Shown here: positions 16,650-26,653 of the stretch, in pieces
Layout: each line of letters starts with the position of its first letter
How positions within the stretch are numbered: position 1 is the first letter of the stretch
Assembly: GCA_964617665.1 (NCBI GenBank)
Contig: CAZUAH010000008.1
Coordinates: forward strand, 1 to 64,000
Length of the DNA: 64,000 bases
Direction of reading: 5' to 3'
Origin: an uncultured Pirellulaceae bacterium
GTDB lineage: Bacteria; Planctomycetota; Planctomycetia; Pirellulales; Pirellulaceae
Translations under genes and position numbers: made by a program
Notes under the pieces: generated by a model
Database searches by the model: none
Told to the model about the DNA's origin: nothing
What the model saw: the letters and a program-made list of their open reading frames with translations, nothing else

Positions 16650-16710
16650 AGAGCCAGTCTTCCACCACTACTAGCAGTCGCCTCGGTTTTCACATTTGAA
16701 GACTGGCTCT
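16650..16710. repeat. Perfect 13-bp inverted repeat AGAGCCAGTCTTC / GAAGACTGGCTCT separated by 35 nt
   Basis: Read directly from the sequence in the 377-nt divergent intergenic region between the cytochrome gene and the small membrane protein gene. Could be an operator pair or an RNA stem-loop. Confidence 0.5.
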
Positions 16711-16820
16711 GAAAAACTCACGGGACTCGGCTACGCATCCAGGTCGCGTGCTTCGACACGAGTCACTCGGTACAATGGGCAAGTGGGCATTCCGTATCTC
16801 GATCCTTGTCAGCAAACGCG

Positions 16821-17168
16821 ATGTCGACCAACCCGGACCAACAGCCACCTATTCAGTTTTCTGTTGCAGATCTCTTGGCTGCGTTCGCAGGCATCGCTGC
16901 AGCTCTGGGAATCGTTGTCACTCTGGTCGAGCTTGACAACGCAGGCGACACGCATTCTGGTTGGACCAGCGAGATCCAGATGATCGACGGTACGCCCAAC
17001 GCCGTGCAGGTCCCCGTGCGGATATCAACCGACACCGGACGCGTCATCTCCCGTTGGTATCTGAGTTCACTATTCGTGGCTCTGGCGATCGAGATAGTCA
17101 CGCTGATTGTGGTCGTTACCTATCTGGTAGCACGCTCGCGTCGCAAGAGAATGGACCGGTGCAACTGA
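16821..17168 (+). CDS. Small membrane protein (two predicted TM helices), hypothetical
   Basis: MSTNPDQQPPIQFSVADLLAAFAGIAAALGIVVTLV ... LSSLFVALAIEIVTLIVVVTYLVARSRRKR. A TACAAT -10-like element lies ~50 nt upstream. Confidence 0.6.
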   Translation: MSTNPDQQPPIQFSVADLLAAFAGIAAALGIVVTLVELDNAGDTHSGWTSEIQMIDGTPNAVQVPVRISTDTGRVISRWYLSSLFVALAIEIVTLIVVVTYLVARSRRKRMDRCN

Positions 17169-17174
17169 TTTATT

Positions 17175-17207
17175 GGCGTTTGACGAGTAACGCCATTCTT
17201 GTATTCC
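17175..17207 (+). terminator. Hairpin GGCGTT(n8)AACGCC followed by AUUCUUGUAUUCC
   Basis: Immediately after the stop of the 16821-17168 gene, in the convergent gap. Confidence 0.4.
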
Positions 17208-17279
17208 GATCCCGTCAGTTACTGGCGCCCCGCCACGGCCTGATCCGCGCCGTCTGCTTTCGAATTAGCAGTCTCCGGG

Positions 17280-19151
17280 TCAAGGGAATCGATAGGCTCG
17301 AATCTGCAGCGGTCGAATCGTGTGGGGCTTATCCTGTCCGGCCGCGTAGCACACGCCGACGCGGTCGCCGTCGCGTAAACCGGTGAGAGGTCTTGACCAG
17401 CCGTTGACAAATACATCCGTCGAGCCCTCGATGTGCAGCGCGTACGTCGGTTTCTCACGCGCGTCGGACAGCCACGTGCGGACGGCGTCCAAACGGGCTT
17501 TGACAATCGGATCGAATGCTGCCGCTCGGTCCCCGGCCTCATGCCAAAACCGAATGCCTTTCATTTGTGTTCTCGGCGGCAGTGTCCTCTCGACCGTCAC
17601 GCGACGGCCGGCAGCGTCCACAGCGGCAACGACCGCGGGCATCCAGACGGCGTATCGGACACTCTTGGCGAGCGATGTGCGATCGCGTTCCGGCGGAAGA
17701 CGCCACCTCGGGTAGTCGGTCTCGATCTTCTTGTCGTACCGAGCGCCACTCGCGAAGAAGCTCTCCAGCCGGCTTTCCAGGTGGTTCATACGGATCGTCA
17801 GAGATTCATACGGAAAGTTCACCGCCTTTGGACCCCAGTGCGGTGGGATATCCCGATGGTAGTCGGCGTAGGCGATCGTCCCGGCGGAATCGACCAGCAC
17901 GATATACGCCCCGCCTCCTTGGTCCATCCACTCGTTCCTGAAATGCTGAGCCATGTCGTCCAGCAAATAGTCCGTCGTGCAATCCGGCCACCCCATGTAA
18001 AATATCTTGCAGATGCGAGCCCGGTGTCCCATCGCGGTCTCGTGAACGTACGACGTCCGTTGGGGCGTAGGGCCGACAAAGTCCATCGACGGCATCCGCG
18101 TGTCGTGGATCGTGTTGCAGATGAAGTGCACCACCGCCCGTTCGCCGAGAGCCAGCTTGAGCGGCTCGAACATCGGTGCGATCTTCCCATGCCACGTCCA
18201 AGGGTCCGTGGCGTTCATGAATACCATCAGTACCGCTTTCTTCCCGCGAAAGTCACTCAGCCGCACGTACTGCGCCTCGTGGCCAGCAGTGATCTCATAC
18301 GGCTTGGCGACAACCTCCCCGCCGCGCAGCTCGAAGCCACACATAACCTGCAGGAATTCCTTCACCGCGAGCGGCGTGAGAATATCCACAGGATCCCGCG
18401 GATTCGCATCTGTGTACTGCGGCGTGTCGAGGAAGGCTTCCATGCGTGCCAGGGCGAAATCGGGCGCCGTCTCGCCGGGCAGACGAAAACCACCACCACC
18501 GTAGCGCGATCGAGTGAGGCCGAGATGACATGGCAAGACGCCGGTACCCGTGCACCGCGCGTCGACGAACATGGCGTAGTCGCGCAATGCATCGATATCC
18601 GCTGCCGTCAACGCCTCGCCCCGGTAGCCCTTGGCCAAGGCAGCCCGGCCGGCCTGCTCGACGGCGCGAGCATAATCGGCGGTTTCCTCTTCCGCGGTCG
18701 ATAGAGGCTCCTCCTTTCTTTCCTTCTGCTTGATGCCGCAGCGAAGGTATCGATGCAGCAGCGTTCCACTTGCGAGGAACCGATACTTCCGTTCGGGGCC
18801 ATGAAGAGCTTCTCCAGCCAGCAGTTTGTCCGCCACGGCGCGTGCATGCTCATCCCAAACACGACGATACGCATCGTACAGCCGCTTCTTCTCGCCGACG
18901 AGCTTGGCGACCATCTCAGGCCGTCCATCGTAAGGCTCCACGGCCAGGGCCGCGCCGCACATCACATCGCGCCACGCCCCGTCCCACGAATCCTTCTCGG
19001 CCGCCGCCTGCTTCTCAATCGCAACGAGCCATTGCGCAGCCGTTCTACCCGATTGATCAGGCGGTTGGGCCTGGCAGCAAGTCGCGATACTGAAAAAGGC
19101 CACGACTAGCGCTCGGGCAGACGAGCCGGTCAGGAACAACGAATTGGACAT
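17280..19151 (-). CDS. Secreted hypothetical protein (623 aa)
   Basis: Start at MSNSLFLTGSSARALVVAFFSIATCCQA (signal peptide; ATG 19149-19151). The long ORF is otherwise unrecognised; a central region is weakly thioredoxin-fold-like without CxxC. Confidence 0.8.
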   Translation of the reverse strand: MSNSLFLTGSSARALVVAFFSIATCCQAQPPDQSGRTAAQWLVAIEKQAAAEKDSWDGAWRDVMCGAALAVEPYDGRPEMVAKLVGEKKRLYDAYRRVWDEHARAVADKLLAGEALHGPERKYRFLASGTLLHRYLRCGIKQKERKEEPLSTAEEETADYARAVEQAGRAALAKGYRGEALTAADIDALRDYAMFVDARCTGTGVLPCHLGLTRSRYGGGGFRLPGETAPDFALARMEAFLDTPQYTDANPRDPVDILTPLAVKEFLQVMCGFELRGGEVVAKPYEITAGHEAQYVRLSDFRGKKAVLMVFMNATDPWTWHGKIAPMFEPLKLALGERAVVHFICNTIHDTRMPSMDFVGPTPQRTSYVHETAMGHRARICKIFYMGWPDCTTDYLLDDMAQHFRNEWMDQGGGAYIVLVDSAGTIAYADYHRDIPPHWGPKAVNFPYESLTIRMNHLESRLESFFASGARYDKKIETDYPRWRLPPERDRTSLAKSVRYAVWMPAVVAAVDAAGRRVTVERTLPPRTQMKGIRFWHEAGDRAAAFDPIVKARLDAVRTWLSDAREKPTYALHIEGSTDVFVNGWSRPLTGLRDGDRVGVCYAAGQDKPHTIRPLQIRAYRFP

Positions 19152-19245
19152 ATTGGACTTCCTGTTGCGCGCGAATCGACTTGGGATATCCTGACGACTG
19201 ATGCTATCCCTTATGCTCAAGTCCGGAAAGAGGCGAGCGGGAAAA

Positions 19246-22200
19246 TCAGTGCAGTGCGAACAGACACCCATCGTCGCAGCCGACGTAGATCACGTTGTCG
19301 CTGGGCCAGGGCGAAGAGATGATTCGCGCGCTAGGCTCGCTGCCGCCGACAGTGAGGTCTGGGGCAGGGAGTCTGCTGGGCTTGTGCTTCCAACGCAGGT
19401 CGCCGGTCATGGCATCGATGGCGTAGACGTTGCCGTCCCAGCAGCCGAAGTAGACGGTTTCGCCTGCGACGGATGGCGAGGACTGGATTGGTGCGCCGGC
19501 CTCGAACTTCCAACCTCGTTTGCCGGTGTTGGCGTCAAATGTCCGCAACGTACCATCGTTGCTGGCGGCGTAGACCCGCCCGTGCGCGACCGCCAGATCG
19601 GCGTAAACCTCGTAGCCCGGCGTGCCACCGTTGTTGATTGGGAGCCGCTGTTCAGGCCAGATTGGTTCGTGCCACTTGGTGCGGCCTCGCTTCGGGTCCC
19701 AGGCCATCACGGTGCCGGTCATCGAGCCTGGTACGTAGGCGAGATCCCCGGCGCGGGTGAACGACATGAACTGCCGGTTCTGGTGTCCACCTGAGTGCGA
19801 CCACAAACTCTTGCCTGTGGCTAGATCCACGGCTCCGAAGTTGCTGCCGTTGGCCCCGGCGTAGAGTGTCCTTTCGTCGAGGCAGATGGCGGCGTATCCC
19901 TGCGGGCCGGACGGGCCTCGCCAGACGACCTCGCCCGTCTCGGCGTCCAGCCCAACGACCGGACCGGCGCTCATCACACCAACGTCGTGACCGCCCCTTG
20001 CACCTTCGCCGATGAACACCACGCCGTAGGCCACGGCCGGCGAACCGCATGGTCGCATTCGGGAGAGCGATTTTTCCCATCGCTTCTCGCCGTTCTTGGC
20101 GTCCAGCGCGAACATTCGCCCGTCCTCGCTGACGATGTAGACTACCCCGTCCACAACCGCCGCCGACCCGGCCACGGCCCCGCGCGTCTCGACCTTCCAG
20201 ACCTCAGTGCCCTTCTCGGCATCCACCGCGTAGATGTGATTATCGTTGCTGCCAAAATACGCAATGCCATCCACCACCACGGGCGAACTCTTAATGGGGC
20301 CTTTCGTTTGGAACCGCCATTTGACGCCCTTGACGTTCGTGAGCCCCTTCGCCTGGAACACGCCATCGCGACGCAGATTGCCGCGATGCACGCGGCCCTG
20401 GAGCGGATCGAACTTCGCCGGGTCGATATTGAGTAGTGCCGGAGCATCACGCCGCACAGACACCAATTGGACGGTTTCCGAGCGAAACGACACTTTTTCG
20501 GGCAGTTGCCGCACGACTCGGAATCCCGTATCGCAGTACGGCCAAGTCGTGGGTGGGGCGTCGGAGGACAGCAGGCCCTGTCTGACACCGACGGTCAAAT
20601 CGAGGATGGATCCGCCCAGGCGACTCGTTCGCATTCTGGTCTGCACTCCGGGACTGCTCAACTCGCTGACGTTGCCCAGCACGTCGTACAAACCCAAGGC
20701 CGTCGGCTTCTTCTGGCCCACCGGATGCGTCGTCCCGCCGGCGGCGTCGAACAGCCAAGCGTGCTCGAAAACGCCTTTCGCCTCGTTGCCCCACGGATAC
20801 CTTTGTCCATCGGGAACGACCGCTTGCTGGTACTCGGCAACCGAAGGCAAACGGTACCCGTCGGCTTCGGCGGCGGCGTACAAGGGCGGTAAGACGCGAT
20901 CCATGGCATCCGTCGCGTATACCCCCGGCAATGAATGCGATGCCCCGGCACCCATTCCGACCGATGGCGTATCAGTCTGTTCCGGACGGCCGTACTTCGC
21001 GATGTAATCCTCTGGAAAATGAAACTGAATCGGCCGGAACTTCACGGCCGTCTTATACACCGTCGCGCAATCCGGGTCAGCATAGTACACTGGCTTTCGG
21101 CCCATCAACTCGCTCAGTGCATTGCACCACACGGCCATGTCATAAGCGGTGATGTCGGTCACGGGCTCGTCGCACGCGTGTGTCTGCGGTGGTTCAGCCC
21201 GACCGGTAACCGGATCGAAGCCCCAGTAGTCCATCGAGCCCATGTCGCCGTCGTAGTCGGTTTCGTAGCCGTGTGCTATCGCCCAATCTCGGACGCGTTT
21301 CCAAAAAGCAAACGTCGTCTCATGCCGAGCGATTTCCACTTGCGTTCCCGGCACGCGCACCAGCTCCAATTTGATCGCCGGTCTGGCGGGCGCATCGCTA
21401 CTTCTTGCGGTCTCGTCTTTGGCGATTATCCATGTCGGCACGCCGTCGTTGATCTCGACCTTCATCGGTGCCGCGCCGCCAGCATCGCACCGTACCAATC
21501 GAAGGCCGATGTTGTATGAGCCGTCGTGCGGGAAATCGCCATAGGGGCTGGCCGAACGCGTCGCCGGGTGGGACGGGTAAAGGAAATCGCCGCCTAACAC
21601 CGTGATCGGAGGAGCCGCCGCCGGATCGTAGCAGTCGCCAAATGTCCACACCAGTTCCCCTACGTTGCCCAGCAAATCGTACACGCCCGCCGGGCTGGGC
21701 TCCTTCGTACCAACCGGCTGCGTCTGGCCGTCGGAGTTCTCACCAACCACGGCATTGGCCGGAGAGATCGTCTGTTTCGCCATCGCCCGTTGCCACTCGC
21801 CCGGCGTGGGCAGCCGATATCCGTCGGCCGACCATTTCACGTACAGCTTCGGCAGCGGTCGTGGCTTAGCAAAGGCCGGACTCCATCGCACCTCGTGGAG
21901 CGGTTTCCCAAACGCGGGATCTTCGTAGTAGACCGGCTCACGGCTTTCCATTTCGCTCAGCGCGTTGCACCAAGCAGCCGCATCGTGCAGCGTGAAGTCC
22001 GTCGCCGGCTCCTGGAGGCCGTGCGCTGTGTTGCCGAAATCCATCGATCCACAGTCGCCGTCCTTCTCGAACCCAAAGCCCTGGCTGGGCGGCACGAAGT
22101 CGTTGCTCCGCGCCAGACGGAACACGTTCTTCCACAACTCGTAGGGAACCTCGGTCTTGCTGATGTAGAAGTCGCCGTCCTCGCCAGTCACCTCTACCAT

Positions 22201-23184
22201 CGCAATTGTCTCGCTCGGGCGCTTCCGGCGATGCACTACGGCGTCGGCCTCGAATGCATACCACTTGTAGCCAAAGTACGACGGAATAAACCGATCCTTC
22301 GCGGCGTACACACCGACGGCAGTGACGTCCTCGAATGAGTGCTCCGTGAAGTCGGCCGACTCGGCATCGAAGTAGATGTCGTGCGGTGCCTTCGGGTTGT
22401 ATTTCGCCCAGCGGGTCTTAGTGGGCTGTAGCGTGTGCGTGCCAGCGAGATGAAACGTCGCCTCGGAGAGATAGCTTTGCTGGTCGTCGCAGACGAGAAG
22501 TCGCACGGAGTCGATGCACATGAAATACCGCTTCAGCACCAATGCCAGCCGGCTCTCGTCGTCGAAGGTTACCCGGTTCGCTGCGCCGCCGTTGAGAAAA
22601 TCCGGTTTGAGCCACAACCAATTCACCGCCAGACGATAGGGCGAGTAGATCTCGTAAGTCTCGTGAAACACGGCCCAGTTCTCGCGTGGCCAGCAGAACG
22701 GTCCGTCGTGGTCCTGATTCACGCCGTCTTCGCTGAACCCGGTGGTGCGCCGGTTGGCCTGGTAAATGGCTTGGCCGCCATACCACCGCGGCGTGCCGGC
22801 CAGCATGTCGTACCACGGCGCGACGGGATTGAACGGCCGCTCCAGGCTGAATTCGTGATAGCCCACCACATCGTCGTCCGTCTTGCCGTCGCCATCCACG
22901 TCGACAGTCAGGTCCAGTTGCACGGGCCGGTCATTCGGTCGCCAGAGCTTTGTCTCCGGGTCCTGCACGAGCGCATACCGGTGGCAATGGAAATGATGCC
23001 GCGGCTGTCCATCGCCGCCGCGGAGGAAATCCGCGCCAAAATCCACGATACGGACCCGGGCCGCTTCGACCGGCGCATCGGCTGCCGCCGGGTCCGGCTG
23101 CCAAACCTTGAGCTCTCCGGCATGAAGCCTGCCTGCCATGCAGATCACAACCGCGCCCGCGCATGCAAGTCCTCTGATCTTCAT
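19246..23184 (-). CDS. Large secreted protein with two FGE/SUMF1-like (formylglycine-generating-enzyme family) domains and a C-terminal PQQ-like beta-propeller
   Basis: Start MKIRGLACAGAVVICMAGRLHAG. Two copies of the FGE-family signature (DGYRLPTPGEWQRA ... GVYDLLGNVGELVW ... YNIGLRLVRC; DGYRLPSVAEYQQA ... GLYDVLGNVSEL ... GFRVVRQ). The C-terminal repeats IYAVDAEKGTEVWK and VYAIDAMTGDLRWK are PQQ-type. Confidence 0.85.
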   Translation of the reverse strand: MKIRGLACAGAVVICMAGRLHAGELKVWQPDPAAADAPVEAARVRIVDFGADFLRGGDGQPRHHFHCHRYALVQDPETKLWRPNDRPVQLDLTVDVDGDGKTDDDVVGYHEFSLERPFNPVAPWYDMLAGTPRWYGGQAIYQANRRTTGFSEDGVNQDHDGPFCWPRENWAVFHETYEIYSPYRLAVNWLWLKPDFLNGGAANRVTFDDESRLALVLKRYFMCIDSVRLLVCDDQQSYLSEATFHLAGTHTLQPTKTRWAKYNPKAPHDIYFDAESADFTEHSFEDVTAVGVYAAKDRFIPSYFGYKWYAFEADAVVHRRKRPSETIAMVEVTGEDGDFYISKTEVPYELWKNVFRLARSNDFVPPSQGFGFEKDGDCGSMDFGNTAHGLQEPATDFTLHDAAAWCNALSEMESREPVYYEDPAFGKPLHEVRWSPAFAKPRPLPKLYVKWSADGYRLPTPGEWQRAMAKQTISPANAVVGENSDGQTQPVGTKEPSPAGVYDLLGNVGELVWTFGDCYDPAAAPPITVLGGDFLYPSHPATRSASPYGDFPHDGSYNIGLRLVRCDAGGAAPMKVEINDGVPTWIIAKDETARSSDAPARPAIKLELVRVPGTQVEIARHETTFAFWKRVRDWAIAHGYETDYDGDMGSMDYWGFDPVTGRAEPPQTHACDEPVTDITAYDMAVWCNALSELMGRKPVYYADPDCATVYKTAVKFRPIQFHFPEDYIAKYGRPEQTDTPSVGMGAGASHSLPGVYATDAMDRVLPPLYAAAEADGYRLPSVAEYQQAVVPDGQRYPWGNEAKGVFEHAWLFDAAGGTTHPVGQKKPTALGLYDVLGNVSELSSPGVQTRMRTSRLGGSILDLTVGVRQGLLSSDAPPTTWPYCDTGFRVVRQLPEKVSFRSETVQLVSVRRDAPALLNIDPAKFDPLQGRVHRGNLRRDGVFQAKGLTNVKGVKWRFQTKGPIKSSPVVVDGIAYFGSNDNHIYAVDAEKGTEVWKVETRGAVAGSAAVVDGVVYIVSEDGRMFALDAKNGEKRWEKSLSRMRPCGSPAVAYGVVFIGEGARGGHDVGVMSAGPVVGLDAETGEVVWRGPSGPQGYAAICLDERTLYAGANGSNFGAVDLATGKSLWSHSGGHQNRQFMSFTRAGDLAYVPGSMTGTVMAWDPKRGRTKWHEPIWPEQRLPINNGGTPGYEVYADLAVAHGRVYAASNDGTLRTFDANTGKRGWKFEAGAPIQSSPSVAGETVYFGCWDGNVYAIDAMTGDLRWKHKPSRLPAPDLTVGGSEPSARIISSPWPSDNVIYVGCDDGCLFALH

Positions 23185-23452
23185 ATCATCGGCCTCCCCG
23201 TTCTCCACTCAGGAATTCCCTGCAATCGCCCTCCGCAAAACGTCGACTAACAAGATCTTCATCTCCCGCCGCTCCTGACGCAACCATCCATGTGCCATCT
23301 ATACGCAATAGATCTACGATGTCTTGCTCCAGTGTGCAGTAACAGCCGCACGTGCTGATACAATGAACCAGCGCCGGCGCCTCAGGTTCAATTCACGATC
23401 GCGTCGACAAAGGCAAGAAGGGAAAAACCGGATTGATTTGCATTCCAAGGGG

Positions 23453-24604
23453 ATGGTCATGTTCTGCAACCGCCTGCCAATCGTGATGCTGCTGTTGGTC
23501 GCACTGCACGTACCAACCGCTCATGCGGATGGCCCTGATGGCCTCGACAACAACCTACAAGTGGTGGACCTGAGCGATCTGGACGGCCCGCTTCCGCTGG
23601 ATGTCGTTTCGAGCAAACAGATTTTATGGCAGACCGAGGATTGGGAGCATTCAACGTGGCAGAACCCAGAATGGCCCAAAGGCGGCCCCGATACGGTCGG
23701 GTACCCAACAGTGGTCAAGAACAATCGTGGGTCCAATGCGGATGGTAAGTATTACCTATTCTACGCGCACCACGATCCCAGGTCGGGCATCGGCGTGGCT
23801 GTCTCCGACGTTATCACGGGGCCCTATTCGAAGAAGGTCAAAGTACCCGGCCGATCAGATAACCAAGTGGTGCCCGCCTTCCATGCATCGAGCACGCATC
23901 CCGGCGATCCGGACCATACGTCAAGTCCTTGGGTCGTCTGGAACGAGTTGGAACAACGGTGGTTCATGTACTTCCATTACTTCAATCATGTCCGAAAAAC
24001 CGTACCGGGATATCAATTGACGGCCTTGGCCACCACACCCGATCTGGTGTCGCACCGCTGGACGATCTGGGAGGACGCTTCGTTTGGTACGACGCCACCC
24101 TATCGCCCGGTGCTGCCGACAACCACACAGGCGTGGGCCAACCAGGCATCGTCGTACAATAGCGTGCATCGGCTTCCGGACGGGCGCTGGCTGGCTTTCA
24201 TTCGCGGCACATCGAACAACGGCAAGCCCCCGTCGCTCGGTTTTGCCTCGTCAAACGATGGCCGTAGCTGGGATTACTTCGACGAGACCCCTATCATCCA
24301 TCAAAACAATGGCGGCGGTGGTAGAAAAGGAGTCTATCGTCCGGGCTTCATCGGCTATCTCGGCAAGAATGAATCCGACATCGACGAGTATCTCGTCGCT
24401 TGGCAGGAAAGTGTCCATTTCGACGGCGACGCGAGACTGATCTACGGCTACACCACAGATTTCAAATCCATCAAGCGCGACCCGCGTGGACACGTGAATT
24501 GGAGAGGATCGGACGGGGCAATCGCCGCGTGGCGCGAAGGGAGCCGGCTGTACCTGTTTGCGGGCAAATCCGTACACGAGCTGAAACTGCCCGTGGATCG
24601 ATAA
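23453..24604 (+). CDS. Secreted beta-propeller protein, possible glycoside-hydrolase-like (GH43/117-type fold), hypothetical
   Basis: Start MVMFCNRLPIVMLLLVALHVPTAHA with AAGGGGA Shine-Dalgarno. Function assignment is weak. Confidence 0.75.
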   Translation: MVMFCNRLPIVMLLLVALHVPTAHADGPDGLDNNLQVVDLSDLDGPLPLDVVSSKQILWQTEDWEHSTWQNPEWPKGGPDTVGYPTVVKNNRGSNADGKYYLFYAHHDPRSGIGVAVSDVITGPYSKKVKVPGRSDNQVVPAFHASSTHPGDPDHTSSPWVVWNELEQRWFMYFHYFNHVRKTVPGYQLTALATTPDLVSHRWTIWEDASFGTTPPYRPVLPTTTQAWANQASSYNSVHRLPDGRWLAFIRGTSNNGKPPSLGFASSNDGRSWDYFDETPIIHQNNGGGGRKGVYRPGFIGYLGKNESDIDEYLVAWQESVHFDGDARLIYGYTTDFKSIKRDPRGHVNWRGSDGAIAAWREGSRLYLFAGKSVHELKLPVDR

Positions 24605-24989
24605 GCGCGAAAACGATCGACAAAGAAACCGACGTAATGACTTCTTGGCAGTGCAAGCGGTCTCATGCGGATTGTCCAGAGAGCAGTGTGTCGGCGGCGC
24701 GGCCGTTTTCTCGTCACAAACCGCAACCTTTGCCACGGTACCGCATTTGGACTTCCGGCGTTGTCGTCAAGGATATCCGCCGGGGCGGTCGATGGTTGTG
24801 ACGGGCAGTTGGTGGTGTCACCACCACTTTGCGATCGACCACCAGTCTGCTATATCCAGCCACGTCATTCTACCGGGAGTGACGTGGCTTTTTGTATGGG
24901 CAAATCCCTCGCTATGGATGGCTCACGCCCCGGCGTGATCATCGTTTCGCCGTTTTGAAACGGGCTGGCTGGAAAGGCTGAAACGCCGA

Positions 24990-25190
24990 CTACGATCCTT
25001 TGGGCACGTACGCCCCACACTGAAACTCATCTTCACCTTCCTGGTCGGCGCGATTGAGTAGACAAAGCATCTCCTCGGACGGATCGTCGTCTTTCTCGCA
25101 CGACACGCATAAGCTTGGCTTCGCAATCAAATCTGCATTGATCTTGTTACCGTCGTCGTCGTAGAGACCGAACGGTTTTTCGTCTTGCAT
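24990..25190 (-). CDS. Small acidic Cys-containing protein (66 aa), hypothetical
   Basis: MQDEKPFGLYDDDGNKINADLIAKPSLCVSCEKDDDPSEEMLCLLNRADQEGEDEFQCGAYVPKGS. GGGAGA Shine-Dalgarno. CxxC plus two further Cys; possible small metal-binding ribbon. Confidence 0.6.
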   Translation of the reverse strand: MQDEKPFGLYDDDGNKINADLIAKPSLCVSCEKDDDPSEEMLCLLNRADQEGEDEFQCGAYVPKGS

Positions 25191-25253
25191 TACGCATCTC
25201 CCATCGGACAGGCCCTATGTGCTGGCCAGCGCACCCCATACCGGCCTATCCGG

Positions 25254-26489
25254 TCATCTGGCCTTAACGTCGTAGCAGTACAAGTTCGTGTCGTAGCGGA
25301 GCAGGAGCCGACCATCGACAACCACGGGGTGCGCCCAACTGCGACCTTCGCCATCGACAGCAAAAGACCCTCTCGTTTTGGCGTCCTCACCGGCTGGATC
25401 GATCAGCGAGATTCGGCCATCGGAATCTGAGAATACATACAGCATACCGTCGGCCCAGCAAACCTGCCCGGCCCGTACACGCTCCTGCCATTCTGTCTCG
25501 CCGGTCTTCAGGTTCACACATGTCAAGCCACCTCGCCCTTTTCCAAACACATAGCCATCGGCGACAACGTAGTTGCCCGGGTGACAATTGAGATCTCGGT
25601 TTCGCCAAGCCTCTGTGAACGTCCATTCACCCGCATCGTACTTGACGTCGAGACATAGACTGCCCTTTCCGTATCCCACGGCCCAGAACAGGTACCCGTC
25701 CAAGTAGGCTGGAGTGGGAACGTTAGCCGTGTTGGGGGCGGCAAAATCGTGTTTGTGGACCAGGTTGCCCGTCCGGGCATCGACCACCAGCAGCCCGCTT
25801 TGCGATCCGTTCACAATGATCGTGTCGCCGCCTTCGGTGATCGTCATGCAGGAACTGTAACCGGCCGTCGCCGAAACATCCGACTCCCACACGTCTTTGC
25901 CAGTCATCTTGTCGAGCGCGACGATGGCATGCCGGCCGCCGGGCGTGACGATAGCAAGGTCATCGAGAATCAGGACGCTTTCGGCATACTGCCAGCCGCC
26001 GACTTTGCCCCCCATCTCTGACTTCATATGGCGTTGCCAGAGAGTCTGGCCATCAGTGACACTGTGACAAGTGACCAGTCCTCCGCCGCCGGTTACGTAA
26101 ATGCGGTCGCCGTCGATTGTAGGAGTCGATCGCGCGCCGCCGTACTTGCGGTGGCTGCACTTGGGCCCCTGCTCAACTCGCCATTTCTCTTGGCCGTCGA
26201 GGTCAAGACAGATCAGCATCTGCATGTCACCGGCGTTTCCGGTGGTGTACACACAATCGTTCGCCACGGCCATGGACGACCACCCTGGTCCAACATCGTC
26301 GACCTTCCAGACAAGCGACGGACCTTCTTCGGGCCACTCTCGAAGCAGACCGTTGTCGGGCGAGTGGCCATCGCGGTTCGGGCCCAAAAACCCAGGCCAG
26401 TCGGCAGCGTACGTGGTAGCAAGATTCAAGCTGAGAACAAAGAGCGTTCCGACGGCAAAGTTGCGCATCGCGGTGTTTCGTGTGGTCAT
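25254..26489 (-). CDS. Secreted PQQ-repeat beta-propeller protein (BamB-like fold)
   Basis: 411 aa. Signal peptide MTTRNTAMRNFAVGTLFVLSLNLATTYA; repeated x-Y-A-x-D motifs. Confidence 0.85.
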   Translation of the reverse strand: MTTRNTAMRNFAVGTLFVLSLNLATTYAADWPGFLGPNRDGHSPDNGLLREWPEEGPSLVWKVDDVGPGWSSMAVANDCVYTTGNAGDMQMLICLDLDGQEKWRVEQGPKCSHRKYGGARSTPTIDGDRIYVTGGGGLVTCHSVTDGQTLWQRHMKSEMGGKVGGWQYAESVLILDDLAIVTPGGRHAIVALDKMTGKDVWESDVSATAGYSSCMTITEGGDTIIVNGSQSGLLVVDARTGNLVHKHDFAAPNTANVPTPAYLDGYLFWAVGYGKGSLCLDVKYDAGEWTFTEAWRNRDLNCHPGNYVVADGYVFGKGRGGLTCVNLKTGETEWQERVRAGQVCWADGMLYVFSDSDGRISLIDPAGEDAKTRGSFAVDGEGRSWAHPVVVDGRLLLRYDTNLYCYDVKAR

Positions 26490-26593
26490 GGCAAACTCAG
26501 TTCAATTAAGGGGTTATCAAGAGACCTAGCAGTCGAACGATTCGAGCGACTTCGGCAGGGAGCGACTAGTATTCCATCGTACCTTGGTTTTCG

Positions 26594-26653
26594 GGTAGTG
26601 GGATTCGCCAAAATTCCCTTGGTGGCAAAGGAATTCTGGCGAATCCCACTACC
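26594..26653. repeat. Perfect 17-bp inverted repeat GGTAGTGGGATTCGCCA / TGGCGAATCCCACTACC with a 26-nt spacer that contains a nested imperfect palindrome
   Basis: Read directly from the sequence, in the intergenic region between the cytochrome c peroxidase-like gene end and the PQQ gene start. No flanking U-tract on either strand. Confidence 0.6.

Noticed and set aside
17433-18704. 423-aa plus-strand ORF
   Set aside because: Entirely antisense to the 17280-19151 secreted-protein gene; extremely Arg-rich, a typical high-GC shadow frame.
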